This document shows positions 1 through 11,032 of a DNA stretch of 64,000 nt, piece after piece. Both the position numbers and the translations under genes were made by a program. The DNA is taken from positions 1,056,001-1,120,000 of the forward strand of contig OY969559.1 of the NCBI GenBank assembly GCA_963701075.1, written 5' to 3'. The DNA is from an uncultured Nitrososphaerota archaeon. Its GTDB lineage: Archaea > Thermoproteota > Nitrososphaeria > Nitrososphaerales > Nitrosopumilaceae. Under the pieces are notes generated by a model that was not told where the DNA came from, did no database searches, and worked only from the letters and a program-made list of their open reading frames with translations. Position 1 is the stretch's first letter, and each line of letters starts with the position of its first letter.

Positions 1-783
1 AGTGCGGCGTTCATTACACTAGAATCAGGTGACATTACATCAAGTCAATTACGTGCTGTTGCTGACATGGCTCGAGAATTTTCTGCAGAGGGACGAATTA
101 GAACTGGATTTGTTCAAGATGTGGTGTTTAGGTGGGTGAGGGATGAAGATCTTCCAAAACTTTATGCCAAATTGTTAGAGGTTGGCCTTGCAAATCCTGG
201 TGCGTTGACTATGGCCTCTGTTGTGGGATGTTCTGGTACTACCTCATGTAATCTTGCATTGACTAATTCTCATAGGCTCGCAAAAGAAGTTCAAAGAAAA
301 TTTCTTGAGCTAAAACTTGATGAAGATGATGACCTGCGAGATTCTACAATTAAGATAAGTGGTTGTCCCAATTCATGTGGCCAACACGAAATAGCAACAA
401 TTGGATTTTATGGTGGCGGCGGAAGGCTAGGAAAAGACATGTATCCACAGTATACCATGTCGTTGGGTGGAAGAGCAGATGGAAACTCAATGCTAGGACT
501 GATGACCACCAAGGTTCCTACGAAGAGAGTCATCCCAACAATTTTGAAAATAATTGAGATCTTCAAATCCGAAAAAAGATCTGGCGAAGTTTTGGATTCT
601 TGGATTCATAGGGTTATTGAGGGTAACGGCGGACCTAAGATTAAATCAATTAGTGATATCAAGGAGTTGTTAAAGCCTGTTGTAGCACCCCCTACAATTG
701 AGCAAGATCCTGACTTTTACGTCGATTATGGAAACGATGGAAGTTATCATGCAAAAACTGGAAGGGGCGAATGTGCTGCTTGA
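1..783 (+). CDS. Nitrite/sulfite reductase (siroheme, 4Fe-4S), C-terminal part; 5' end lies upstream of the window
   Basis: Frame is open from base 1. Siroheme/Fe-S motifs GCSGTTSCNLA and ISGCPNSCGQH. A rhodanese gene follows, favouring an assimilatory sulfite reductase. Confidence 0.85.
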   Translation, partial: SAAFITLESGDITSSQLRAVADMAREFSAEGRIRTGFVQDVVFRWVRDEDLPKLYAKLLEVGLANPGALTMASVVGCSGTTSCNLALTNSHRLAKEVQRKFLELKLDEDDDLRDSTIKISGCPNSCGQHEIATIGFYGGGGRLGKDMYPQYTMSLGGRADGNSMLGLMTTKVPTKRVIPTILKIIEIFKSEKRSGEVLDSWIHRVIEGNGGPKIKSISDIKELLKPVVAPPTIEQDPDFYVDYGNDGSYHAKTGRGECAA

Positions 784-1580
784 GCAAAGAAAAGATTGCC
801 CGAATAACGGTTGATGCTGATACCTTACGATCAGAGATTAGAGACAAGAGTGCTAAGGTACTTGACATAAGGAAAGAAGAAGATTACAAACAAGGACATC
901 TGCCTGGAGCAATTAATTTCCCATTATCAAGTCTTCTCTCTGACGACAGCCCAGAAAAGACTCTTCAATACACGCAATCTTTTGGTATTGATGACGAAAC
1001 ACATGTTGTTGTATATGATGACACATTTGGCGCCTTGGCGTCACGGGTAGCATGGGCTCTTCAGTATATTGGTCATGAAGAAGTTTCCTTATTAGACATT
1101 ACATACGGATCGTGGAAAAAGCTTGGACTTGAAACAAGCCTCGAATCTCCATCTCTTGAAAAGAAAACACATTCTCTAAAGTTACAACCGCAAATTCTTG
1201 CAACTGCTGATTATCTTATGCCTGCCAAGGAGAAGGGAGCTATATTGATGGATAATAGGGAAAGGCTAAACTTTCTTGAACATCATATTCCTGGTGCCGT
1301 TAACATTCCATATCGAATGCTTGCCTCCCCTCAAAATATACTAAGATCAAAAGATGAGTTGAGAAGACTTCTACAGAACAGAAACATATCTTCTAACTCT
1401 GAGGTGGTTACATATTGTGGTAGTGTGGGAACTCTTTCAGGATTGGGATACTATGCATTAAAGTCGATAGGAATTCAAAATGTAAAACTTTACGTTCGTT
1501 CGTTTAAGGAATGGGAATCGTTAGCAAAACCAATTGAAAAACAAAAAGACGCAAATTATTGGGATCTCTCAGCGGAATAA
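771..1580 (+). CDS. Tandem-domain rhodanese / thiosulfate sulfurtransferase
   Basis: Two rhodanese domains (GHLPGAINF, HHIPGAVNI) and active-site loop YCGSVG. The true start may be the TTG at 780. Confidence 0.85.
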   Translation: MCCLSKEKIARITVDADTLRSEIRDKSAKVLDIRKEEDYKQGHLPGAINFPLSSLLSDDSPEKTLQYTQSFGIDDETHVVVYDDTFGALASRVAWALQYIGHEEVSLLDITYGSWKKLGLETSLESPSLEKKTHSLKLQPQILATADYLMPAKEKGAILMDNRERLNFLEHHIPGAVNIPYRMLASPQNILRSKDELRRLLQNRNISSNSEVVTYCGSVGTLSGLGYYALKSIGIQNVKLYVRSFKEWESLAKPIEKQKDANYWDLSAE

Positions 1581-1584
1581 TATT

Positions 1585-2731
1585 CTAGGTATTTTGTGTA
1601 GTCTCGCTTCTTAACTTCTTTGTAGTTTGACTCTCAATGTGATCAAAGAGATCTATCATTTTCTGTTTATTTGCCTGCAAGTATTCATAACCTTTGTCAG
1701 TTAATCTAATCTTGAATAATCTGATGTCCCGATGTTCTTCAAAAAAGTGCTCTATCATCTGTGCACCTCTTTTACTAGGATCAATGAATACGTCCATCTT
1801 TGCAATGACCTCATTAACATCTCCTTTCTCTATTGCAGACTTGACAGCTTGAACTGCCTCGCTAATTTCTTTTAGGTGTTGAATCAATAGTGGATTGATC
1901 TTTTTTGTTGTGCCAAAGAGACCTTTCTTTTCAACGCCTATCTTCAGCTGCCAACTCGGGGGCAATCTCAAACTCTTCCGTCTTAGACAGACCGGCATTT
2001 CTTTCCTCTTTTATCAATAGGCCTTTTTCCACCAATTTTCTTGCTGCGTCTTCTACCTCTGCCTTGCCTAGCATGGTTGTCCAAACTATCTGGCCCACCT
2101 TGTGATATCCCTGTCTTACTGATTCTAATACTACGACCTCAACAATTCTTCTATATCCGTCATCTGCTTTGATATTCTCAAAGTCTTTGTCCCTTACTGC
2201 CTTCTTTGCATTTTTAACATCTATTTCGATTGAACGCTTCAAAGCCTCAATGCCCTCCGGAACATGATTCAAAAGAGAATAATAGCATGCCTTGTTGTAC
2301 CAAGACATACCGTCAGTGGGATTGGTATCAATTGCCTTTTCTACACATTCAAGAGCTTTTTCATAATTTTTCTGTCTATAGTAGATGAGACCTTTTAGGT
2401 TCCAAGCGTCTGAATTTGTAACATCAATCTCGTGAACCTTGTTGTAATCTCCCATGGATCCGGCCAAGTCACCCATGTGAAATCGGGCATAGCCTAACTT
2501 CAGAAGGGAATCGACATGTCCTGGGTCAATCTGTAGTGCTCCTTCAAAGGCTCGCACTGCCTCTTCCATCTTTTCATCGGCCATGCAAGAAATTCCCTTC
2601 TTGTACAGTTTATCTCTAGTATAGTTAGGATCTGTTATCTTTGATTCCTTGGATATCTCTACTGACGTTTCAGGTTTTATCTCTCTAGTGCTTTCAGGTG
2701 ACTCTGAACTCCCCTTGAATAATTTTTTCAC
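1585..2731 (-). CDS. TPR-repeat protein with C-terminal domain; one apparent +1 indel near 1945
   Basis: TPR motifs (AWNLKGLIYY, SWYNKACYY). Removing the extra base at 1945 joins ORFs 1931-2731 and 1585-1998 as ...ELAAKIGVEKKGLFG... Confidence 0.75.
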
Positions 2732-2859
2732 GACTGGTCAAATATGGATTTTCCGTAGATAAATACTATTCCGGATGTCTAAAAAGTAAATTTTATTGGC
2801 AAAGCAGACTTTATAACGCTTGGATAAATACAAAAATACTCAGGTATTACACCTAGGAT

Positions 2860-4272
2860 ATGTCAGCCAGAGAAAGGATCATAGAAATAACTGGCGAATC
2901 GCCATTTAAGCTCTCATCGGGCGTCTTTGAGGTGCAAATTTCTATTTGTGATTATCCTCCTTCTCAAGAAGACATAAAACGAAGGAACTTTCCGGTTATC
3001 TGGAAAGATAATTTTCACCTAAGGGTAAAAGATGCAAAATTCACTCAGACCCTGGGCTCTTCAAAAAACCCCATTCCTGATTTTGTGTTTGCAAGAGACT
3101 CAGTTTGGGTCATAATTCTTGATCAGTTTTCCTCAATTAATTCTGCTTTTCAAGTTGACGTGCCAAAGATTCCAGGTGAAGTTCCACCAACTCCTAGTCC
3201 TAGAGATGAATCGTCGTCAAAGGGCCACAAACCATCTCCAGAATATTATTACCCTACATCCGGTACTCAGGGCAGCCGTGGTCCTCCAGGTCAACCGGGA
3301 GTTCAGGGTCCATCAGGACCGCCAGGTCCTCAGGGCCCACCTGGACAGCAAGGGATTCCAGGTTCTCAAGGTGACAAGGGATCTCCAGGCCAGCAAGGTC
3401 CTCCCGGAGATAAAGGCCCACAAGGTCCTCCCGGAGATAAAGGCGATAAGGGAGACAAAGGTCCATCTGGCGATAAAGGCATAACGGGAGACAAAGGTCC
3501 ATCTGGTGATAAAGGTCCAAGAGGAGACAAGGGAGAAATTGGTGACAAGGGAGACAAGGGTGACAAGGGAGACAAAGGGGAAAAAGGCCTTACAGGAGAA
3601 TCAGGTCCTATAGGCGATAAGGGTACAACAGGTCCTCCAGGGCCACTAGGAGATAAAGGAATTCTTGGTCCTCCAGGTGATAAAGGACCAAAAGGTCCTC
3701 CGGGTCCACTTGGCGACAAAGGTCCACTGGGTCCACAAGGTCCACTTGGCGACAAAGGTCTTACAGGTCCACAAGGTCCACTTGGCGACAAAGGTCCACA
3801 AGGCCCACAAGGTCCTCCTGGAGAAAAAGGTCTAACAGGTATTCCAGGCCCTCAAGGTGAAAAAGGACCTAGAGGTTTACCGGGTTCGCCTGGTGAACAA
3901 GGTCCAAGGGGACCGCCAGGCCCACAAGGTCCACCAGGCCCGCAAGGAATTCAAGGTCCTCAAGGTGATAAGGGTCCACTGGGTCCACAAGGTCAATCTG
4001 GAGATAAAGGCCCGCAAGGAGTTCAAGGTCCTCAAGGTGATAAAGGAGTTACTGGTCCTCCAGGTATGTCTGGCGATAAAGGTCCACAAGGCACACAAGG
4101 TACGATGGGAGATGTAGGTCCCCGTGGACCTCCAGGCCCTCCCGGTCCACCCGGCCAGCCAGGATTTTCAGAACAACAAAAGCAAATAATCACTCAACTT
4201 CTTGAAATATTATCTTCCAAGAATCTGATCACAACAGAACAACAGATCAAATTGCTGAGTTTTCTCTATTAG
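2860..4272 (+). CDS. Collagen-like triple-helix repeat protein
   Basis: About 101 Gly-X-Y triplets (GDK, GPP, GPQ) between a ~134 aa N-terminal region and a short C-terminal helix. Confidence 0.9.
   Translation: MSARERIIEITGESPFKLSSGVFEVQISICDYPPSQEDIKRRNFPVIWKDNFHLRVKDAKFTQTLGSSKNPIPDFVFARDSVWVIILDQFSSINSAFQVDVPKIPGEVPPTPSPRDESSSKGHKPSPEYYYPTSGTQGSRGPPGQPGVQGPSGPPGPQGPPGQQGIPGSQGDKGSPGQQGPPGDKGPQGPPGDKGDKGDKGPSGDKGITGDKGPSGDKGPRGDKGEIGDKGDKGDKGDKGEKGLTGESGPIGDKGTTGPPGPLGDKGILGPPGDKGPKGPPGPLGDKGPLGPQGPLGDKGLTGPQGPLGDKGPQGPQGPPGEKGLTGIPGPQGEKGPRGLPGSPGEQGPRGPPGPQGPPGPQGIQGPQGDKGPLGPQGQSGDKGPQGVQGPQGDKGVTGPPGMSGDKGPQGTQGTMGDVGPRGPPGPPGPPGQPGFSEQQKQIITQLLEILSSKNLITTEQQIKLLSFLY
3262..4170 (+). 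repeat. Gly-X-Y coding repeat tract with 9/18/27-nt periodicity
   Basis: Recurring units such as ggtccacttggcgacaaa and caaggtcctcccggagataaaggc. Confidence 0.85.
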
Positions 4273-4594
4273 CATATCTTTGCACAATCCGTATATGACA
4301 TGTACATGAAATGCTCTAAAAGACAAAGTTGAACTTAAAATGCTAATGTAAAAAATTCAGTAATCTACTCTATACATGCAATAATGCTATGGAGATGAAT
4401 TTGATTTGTATTGATGTGAATTAAGGGAATAATTTGATACTCAATTGTATTGTGAGATTGTAAATCTTAATGCTTCAAAATGGAGAGTCCTTCTTAGCTT
4501 GAATCTATATTCATTATATGTCATGCTGTCTAAGAAAGATGGTTAGCTAAAATATTAAAATTATCGCCTGATGTCAAGCGATAATTTTTTGATT

Positions 4595-4749
4595 TTATCT
4601 TCTGCGTTTCTTTGCAGATTTTCTTTTAGCTGTTCTTTTAGCTTTTTTACCCGCTGTTCTTTTACTGCTGATCTTCTCTTCGGAGCAGATTTTCTTTTTG
4701 GAGCTGATCTTCTTTTGGCAGCTTTTTTAGCGCGTCTTTTCATTGCCAT
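4595..4749 (-). CDS. Small, extremely basic histone H1/protamine-like protein (51 aa after restoring one base)
   Basis: Restoring one base between 4664 and 4665 gives MAMKRRAKKAAKRRSAPKRKSAPKRRSAAKRTAGKKAKRTAKRKSAKKRRR*, which keeps the K/R/A/S repeat register to the stop. Confidence 0.65.
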
Positions 4750-4862
4750 TGATAAGTTTTACATTTAACTTGTTTTTCTATAGTTACGCTTAAGAAAATT
4801 ACACCAAATGATGATATTCTATAAACAAATTTTTCATAAAATTCTAAAATTTTGATCGCATT

Positions 4863-5048
4863 TTAGTAAACCGACTCAGCTGATGGTCGTCTTCCTTGTA
4901 ACCATGAGATCTGTCCACATTGTGCGCATTTGTATTGGCGCCTTCTTTTGTAAGTTGGAATCTCTGGCATGAAAATTATCTCTTGTTTTGTTTTCGAAAT
5001 GCATTTCTTACACCATCTGTATTCTGTTTCTTTTTCCATGAATCGCAA
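4863..5048 (-). CDS. Small zinc-ribbon protein
   Basis: Two CxxC pairs: WCKKC and YKCAQCG. Confidence 0.6.
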   Translation of the reverse strand: MRFMEKETEYRWCKKCISKTKQEIIFMPEIPTYKRRRQYKCAQCGQISWLQGRRPSAESVY

Positions 5049-5073
5049 GACTTGTCTGTTAAATTAGTTGTTG

Positions 5074-6174
5074 CTATTTGCTTTTTACTATAGTGAGCAC
5101 GTCTTCATCTTCTAATATGTGACTCAAACCAGCTCTTTGTCCTCCAAACTTGACGCTCTTGCCCCACACTAGCGCATATCTAAAGTCTTTTTTCAAATCT
5201 CTGTGTAATTTGTTACACACGTCTAAAACAGTTGAACTGCGCCTAACAATAAGCGGTTCTTTGTAATCCGTCTCGCCGCCTTTTGGTCTCATGTAAATTC
5301 TGATAAAATCCAGATATTCGTAAATTGCATCTCTGAGTGCAGCTATGTTAACGTCAGCATCAGCTGATATGGGGATGATTTTTGATTTTACTTTTTCTTG
5401 TAATTCGTTTAGGAATCCTTGGTTTACCAAGTCTATTTTGTTCATCACGGTTAAAGATTCGACATAAAACTTGTTACCTGATACATAATCAATTAATTGT
5501 TCAGAATCGATATCCTCTCTTATCAAAACACGCGCATTATTTATCCCGTATACTCGCAAAATGTCTTTGAGTAAGTTTACTGGCATCTTCGTCATTGGAA
5601 CCTGCTGGCTTACTGCTAATCCTCCATCACCTGTTTTTTCTATGACTATGTTGGGAGGTTTTTGATCTAACCTGATTCCTATGTTTCCAAGCTCAGTTCT
5701 AATTACTTCCTCATGATAGGGCTGAAATACGTCTAATATGATTAGCACCAAATCTGCACTCTTTGCCACTGAAAGAACTCTTTTACCAAGTCCCTTACCT
5801 GTAGATGCTCCTTTGATTATCCCTGGCAAGTCAAGAACTTGAATCTTGGCGCCGCGGTATTCCATCATACCTGGAACTACTGTTGTAGTTGTAAATTGAA
5901 ATGCACCAACAGCTGACTTTGCACCGGTAAGCCTGTTAAGTAAAGTAGATTTTCCAACACTTGGAAGTCCGATGAACACAACCGTTGCATCTCCTGTTCT
6001 TTTTACATCAAAACCGATTGAACTGCCTGAGCCTTTTGATTTTCTTTCCTCTTCTTCTCTTTTTAATTTGGCAAGCTTTGCCTTTAGCAGACCTACATGG
6101 TGTTCAGTAGCCTTGTTGATCTGAGTTTTGGCCATCTCGTCTTTTATGGCCTGAATCTTCTCTGGTACTCCCAT
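5074..6174 (-). CDS. DRG/OBG-family GTPase with TGS domain
   Basis: TQINKATEHH N-terminus, GLPSVGKS P-loop, DLPG, NKID, and C-terminal TGS (HILEDEDVL). Confidence 0.9.
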   Translation of the reverse strand: MGVPEKIQAIKDEMAKTQINKATEHHVGLLKAKLAKLKREEEERKSKGSGSSIGFDVKRTGDATVVFIGLPSVGKSTLLNRLTGAKSAVGAFQFTTTTVVPGMMEYRGAKIQVLDLPGIIKGASTGKGLGKRVLSVAKSADLVLIILDVFQPYHEEVIRTELGNIGIRLDQKPPNIVIEKTGDGGLAVSQQVPMTKMPVNLLKDILRVYGINNARVLIREDIDSEQLIDYVSGNKFYVESLTVMNKIDLVNQGFLNELQEKVKSKIIPISADADVNIAALRDAIYEYLDFIRIYMRPKGGETDYKEPLIVRRSSTVLDVCNKLHRDLKKDFRYALVWGKSVKFGGQRAGLSHILEDEDVLTIVKSK

Positions 6175-6239
6175 CTATCTTACTTGACTTTCATACTGAA
6201 TAAAATCTTTCTAATTAGATTTGACTCGATGTTTTCTAG

Positions 6240-6758
6240 TTAAAGTTTGAACGAATTAAAATAATGAACAAACATGTTTCCAAAATAAACTGAAGCAAAC
6301 GCACTAGTTGTCCTTGCTATGCTCATAGTTATGAGAAATTTCTTGAAATTGTATCTTTTTACTCCTGCTATTATTGTGACAATTTCTGTTAATATGGGTA
6401 CTAAACTTAAAGCAAAGATTATACTCCAACCATGTTTGTTTAACCGTTCAAAGCTCTTCTTATAATGCTCTTCACTATGGGTTTTTCTCAGTAATTTGTA
6501 CATCTTTTTCCCATCATACCCTATGAAATAAGTTATAATGCCTCCGCCGACAGAACCAACTGCCATAATGACAAACACAGTGACAGCGCTTTGACCGTTT
6601 AGAAGTAATGCGGTTGATGTTATTACTATTGGAAATGGAATAATTGAAGCAAAAATACAGTTTAGAAAAAGACCAACTAATCCATATTTTACAAAGAACG
6701 GATTCTCAAGTATTGGTTTTAAAAAATCAATTAGCACAATCCTAGGTGATTTTCTCAC
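6240..6758 (-). CDS. DedA/VTT (YqaA-like) membrane protein
   Basis: Hydrophobic helices, GSVGGGIITYFIG and LVPILTEIVTIIAG patterns. Confidence 0.7.
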   Translation of the reverse strand: MRKSPRIVLIDFLKPILENPFFVKYGLVGLFLNCIFASIIPFPIVITSTALLLNGQSAVTVFVIMAVGSVGGGIITYFIGYDGKKMYKLLRKTHSEEHYKKSFERLNKHGWSIIFALSLVPILTEIVTIIAGVKRYNFKKFLITMSIARTTSAFASVYFGNMFVHYFNSFKL

Positions 6759-6775
6759 ATATTATAACTGAATGC

Positions 6776-7024
6776 TCAAAAACATTCCGAGTGCTTGGGG
6801 TCTTTTTTATTATTTGATTTATGGTATAATATCTTGTCTCCTTTCTTTATGTAAAAAATCCTTGTAGCAGGTATCGTCTCAAAGTTCTCAGAAATCTTGA
6901 GAAATTCTGTTAACGTAGATTCCTTAATTATGTTAAAGTCAAGATAGCCGACAAAATAGAGGTCTGGGTTGTCATAATGTAGTGCTTTGCTGAAAATTTC
7001 AGCCACTGATCCTTTTCTGGTCAC
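6776..7024 (-). CDS. DUF504/MJ1316-like RNA repair domain protein
   Basis: Short protein with VGYLD and IPATRIFYIKKG motifs. Confidence 0.6.
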   Translation of the reverse strand: MTRKGSVAEIFSKALHYDNPDLYFVGYLDFNIIKESTLTEFLKISENFETIPATRIFYIKKGDKILYHKSNNKKDPKHSECF

Positions 7025-7112
7025 AAATTAGCAACCAGATGTGAATATTTTAGCTAACCTCATCAAAATCTATCTTTACACAGAAGTGCATAATTTTAAA
7101 TTCTAACAATAA

Positions 7113-7430
7113 ATGATTCAAATCATGACTAATAAAATCACGCTAAATATAGACAAACCGATCTACAATGAAGGTGAATATATGAAATTAAAAGTAGATT
7201 ACGAGACACTTAATCCTAAACAGACAATCCATGTGACAGTTTTAGATCCGTCTGAGAAGGAAGTTTTTAGTGCAGATCAGTACATTAATTCTCAAAAGGG
7301 AACTTATTCTACTGTGCTAAAGTTTGATACAAAACAATGGAGAATTTCTGGCAGATACAAAGTTGCGGCGTGGGATCAGGAAGGAACGAGAAAAGAAGTG
7401 TTTTTCCAATTCAAGGGAAAGACTTCATGA
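7113..7430 (+). CDS. Hypothetical Ig-like beta-sandwich protein
   Basis: DKPIYNEGE...VTVLDPS...GRYKV resembles MG2/Ig-like repeats. Confidence 0.5.
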   Translation: MIQIMTNKITLNIDKPIYNEGEYMKLKVDYETLNPKQTIHVTVLDPSEKEVFSADQYINSQKGTYSTVLKFDTKQWRISGRYKVAAWDQEGTRKEVFFQFKGKTS

Positions 7431-7503
7431 TACTTTGCAGATAACACGATAGAATGGATTGTCTATTACAGTTATTATGCCCGGGACTCATTATGTGATT
7501 TGA

Positions 7504-8199
7504 TTGAAACCCAAGATATATGCAGTGGACATAGACGGCACCATTACAGATAACAAAGGGGGACGGGTTGATCTTGACGCACTTGCAGCCCTGCGTTATT
7601 TAGTAAAACTTGGCCATAAAGTAATTTACGTGACAGGAAGATCATCAATTGAAGCCTATGTCCTGTCAGTATTTGGCGGTACAACAAGGATAGCAGTAGG
7701 AGAGAATGGTGGAATTATTACCTCTGGACCAGATGAACACAGGTTGATTGGAAACAAACAGGAATGCTTGAAGGCATTCCAATTCATTAAAACCCAGATT
7801 CCTGAGGCAGTTGAAAAACCTGTTTTTCCGCGTATTACTGAAGTGGTTCTTGAAAGAAATTTTGATGTCAATCTGGGAAAAAAGATTCTAACTGAAAATA
7901 ATTTTAACGTGCAGTTATCTGATAGCATGTATGCTTACCATATCAACTCAAAAGGGGTTAACAAGGCAAATGGATTCCTTGAGGTTATGAAGATGTTCTC
8001 AGCTACCAAGCAAGATATTATTGCAATAGGTGACAGCGAAACAGACGTGCCTCTTTTTGGACTAGCTGACGTAAGCGTGGCATTGGGAAATGCTACTGAT
8101 GATGTAAAATCTCATGCCACAATTACAGTTCAGGGTCATGCAGGAGACGGAATAATAGAAGCGCTTGAAAAGATTGAACTAAAACTTTTAGTGAAATGA
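7504..8199 (+). CDS. HAD-family phosphoglycolate phosphatase (SPP-like)
   Basis: DIDGT, TGR, GVNKA and GDSETD motifs. Confidence 0.85.
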   Translation: MKPKIYAVDIDGTITDNKGGRVDLDALAALRYLVKLGHKVIYVTGRSSIEAYVLSVFGGTTRIAVGENGGIITSGPDEHRLIGNKQECLKAFQFIKTQIPEAVEKPVFPRITEVVLERNFDVNLGKKILTENNFNVQLSDSMYAYHINSKGVNKANGFLEVMKMFSATKQDIIAIGDSETDVPLFGLADVSVALGNATDDVKSHATITVQGHAGDGIIEALEKIELKLLVK

Positions 8200-8203
8200 T
8201 ATC

Positions 8204-10091
8204 ATGACACTGCGACTTCTTTTCGATGAAATTCGATCTAACGTACAAAAAATCTCAAATGATCTAGGCTATCCACTGGTAGAGTTTGATGTATCAGAGG
8301 CATCCAAACCGGAATTTGGGGATGTAAGCTGTAATATTGGATTTCTGCTGGCAAAACCACTCAAAAAAAGGCCATCGGAAATCGCAGAGATTATTGCAAA
8401 TGAATACCAAAAGCACGAATGTGTATTCGTATCAAAAGTAACCGTCCATGCATCAGGATATCTTAACTTTGTTGCAAACCATTCCGCTTTCATTAAATCC
8501 GTTATGCAATCGTCAGTAAGACAAGACTATGGAAAGTTTGATCTTGGAAAGAATTCAAAGATTGTAGTAGAGCATACGAGTGTTAACCCAAACAAGGCAT
8601 TGCATATTGGGCACGTGAGAAACATCGTAATTGGAGATACAATGGCAAGAATTCTACACAAAGCCTGTTATGATGTCAGGATTTTAAACTATGTAGACGA
8701 TTCTGGGCTTCAGGTGGCAGATATTGTCGTTGGCTTCAAGTACGGCGGTTTTGATAGCGAGCCGTCACAGAACCAGAAATTCGATCATTATTGTGGTGAT
8801 GTCGTATATGTGAGCATCACTGAAAGATATGAAAAAGAACCGCTTCTTGCAGAAAAAAGAACTATGGTACTCAAAGAACTTGAAGAGGGAAACTCTGAGA
8901 TTGCAAAATTTGGTGATAAGATAACTCGAAGAGTTCTTGAAGAACAACTCAAGACTTGTTGGCGACTTGGAGTAACATACGACTGTCTAAATTTTGAATC
9001 GCAGATAATTCGCTCTAGGTTATGGAATATAGTTCTTGAGAAAATGAAATCCATGGGACTGATATATCTTGAAAACGAAGGAAAGAATGCTGGTTGCTGG
9101 GTAATAAAATCTGATTCAGAAACAGAAGAAGATAAGATTTTGATTAGAAGTAACGGTATTGCTACGTATATTGCAAAAGATATTCCATATGCTACGTGGA
9201 AGCTGAGGGATCTTGGAAGATCCTTTCTACTATAAACAATACACTGTACAGAAAAATGACAGAATACTTTGGGAGACCACTCTGGAAAATACCAAAACAA
9301 AACTGAATTTCACTGGCGATACTGTAATCACAGTTATTGATTCAAGACAATCAAGACTGCAAAAAATTATTACAAAAATAATAGATGATTTCAAATCAGA
9401 GGGAAAATCATATGTGCATCTTGGCTATGAGTCTGTTACTTTGAGTTCAGACACTGCAAAAAATCTTAATCTTGAAACTGAAGGCAAGTCTGTCCAGATG
9501 TCAGGCAGAAAGGGAATCTATGTTAACGCTGATTCTGTTTTGGACATACTTGGTAAAAAAACGTATGATGAAGTAAAGAAACGAAATCCAGAACTTGATG
9601 ATGCTCTTCTTATAAAAATTGCAGAACAGGTTGCGGTTGGTGCTCTACGATATGCCATGATAAAACAAGATCTTGATAAAATAATTACCTTTGATATGAC
9701 CGAATCGCTGAGTCTTGAAGGGGATACGGGGCCATACATACAGTATGCATACGCAAGATCTGTGAGAATTCTTGAAAAATCTGGCAAAACGCCTGCATTT
9801 GACGTCTCTTTTGATGATCTGAATACCTCCTACGAGAGAAACCTGGTAAAAATAATTGGCAAATTTGACATACAGGTAGAAGACTCTGCAAAGAACCTGT
9901 CTCCTAAGCTAATTGCCAGGTACTGTTATGAACTTGCAGTATCTTTCAATTCATTTTATGAACACGTCAAAGTATTGACTGCCGAATCTCCTGAAATGAT
10001 AAACGCAAGGCTTTGTCTTGTATGGTCGTTCAAAGAAACTCTAGTCAAGGCACTTTCTTTGCTGGGTATTGATGCTCCGCATAGGATGTAA
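8204..10091 (+). CDS. argS: Arginine--tRNA ligase; one apparent +1 indel at 9205
   Basis: EHTSVNPNKALHIGH, MSGRKG and GDTGPYIQYAYAR. Deleting G9205 restores W-K-L-G-I-L-E-D-P-F and joins the two ORFs. Confidence 0.9.
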
Positions 10092-10144
10092 TTCTGACCA
10101 TGAAATTTGGAAATACTATTATCCATATGGAATAAGGTCTAGTT

Positions 10145-11027
10145 GTGAAGAAAATAAAACAGAATAGCAACGTGTTGTTCTTCTATGATGATTCAAAGAA
10201 GTGGCTGATGAAAGTATCGCGGAAACAACAATTTCATACTCATGTTGGAATTATTGATCATAAAAAAGTAATAGGTAAAGAATATGGAAGTGCAATCAAG
10301 ACCAATAAAGGAAAGATAATCTATCTTTTAGAGCCCACCGTATATGACTATGTTATGAAAAGCCAGCGCAGTACTCAGATAGTTTATCCAAAAGATCTAG
10401 GTTACATTGCTGCACGAACAGGATTACAAAGTGGGCAAACAATTGTTGAAATTGGAACTGGGAGTGGTTCACTAACTACTTTTCTTGCCAGTATAGTAAA
10501 ACCGCGTGGTCATGTGTATACATATGATGTAGATGAAAACTTTATGGCAATAGCAAAGAAAAACATCGAAAAAGCCGGAATCTCAAAACATGTTACAATG
10601 GAAAAGTTAGATATCAAAAACATCAAGAAAGTACCACAAACAGATGTAGATATGGTTGTAGTGGACTTGGGGGATCCATGGACTGTAGTTCCACAAGCAA
10701 GAAAGATGCTCAAAGGCAGTGGATATTTTGTAGCAATATGCCCAACAATGAATCAACTTGAGAAACTTGCATCCGCATTGCGGGAAAATGACTTTTTTGA
10801 TTTAGAGTTTACTGAACAGATTGTGCGAACAATAGAAGCTGAGGGAAGGTAAGACACGACATTCTTTCCGAGGTATTGGGCACACTACATATGTCGCATT
10901 TGCTCGGAAAGTTACTACTCCAAAAGATCTTAGAAGAGCAATACCGCGTATAGAAGCTAAAGATGTACCTGATGAAGAGTCTGTGGAAGAATCTGAAGAC
11001 GAAGGTTTATCCGGTGTCAAAAAATAG
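10145..11027 (+). CDS. trmI: tRNA (adenine-N1, A57/58) methyltransferase; one apparent +1 indel at 10841
   Basis: RSTQIVYPKD and VEIGTGSGSL. Deleting G10841 restores EAREGKTRHSFRGIGHTTY and ends at TAG 11025-11027. Confidence 0.85.
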
Positions 11028-11032
11028 GACAT

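Noticed and set aside
3119-4117. Alternative-frame and antisense ORFs over the collagen gene (e.g. PLSP repeats at 3366-3791)
   Set aside because: They are shadows of the Gly-X-Y codon periodicity.
3262-4170. Repeat tract as a CRISPR array
   Set aside because: The repeats are in-frame coding units with no unique spacers, and there are no cas genes.
8204-11027. argS and trmI as true pseudogenes or programmed frameshifts
   Set aside because: No slippery sequence is present. The same AGCTA context appears at all six indels and argS is essential, so a systematic sequencing error is more parsimonious.
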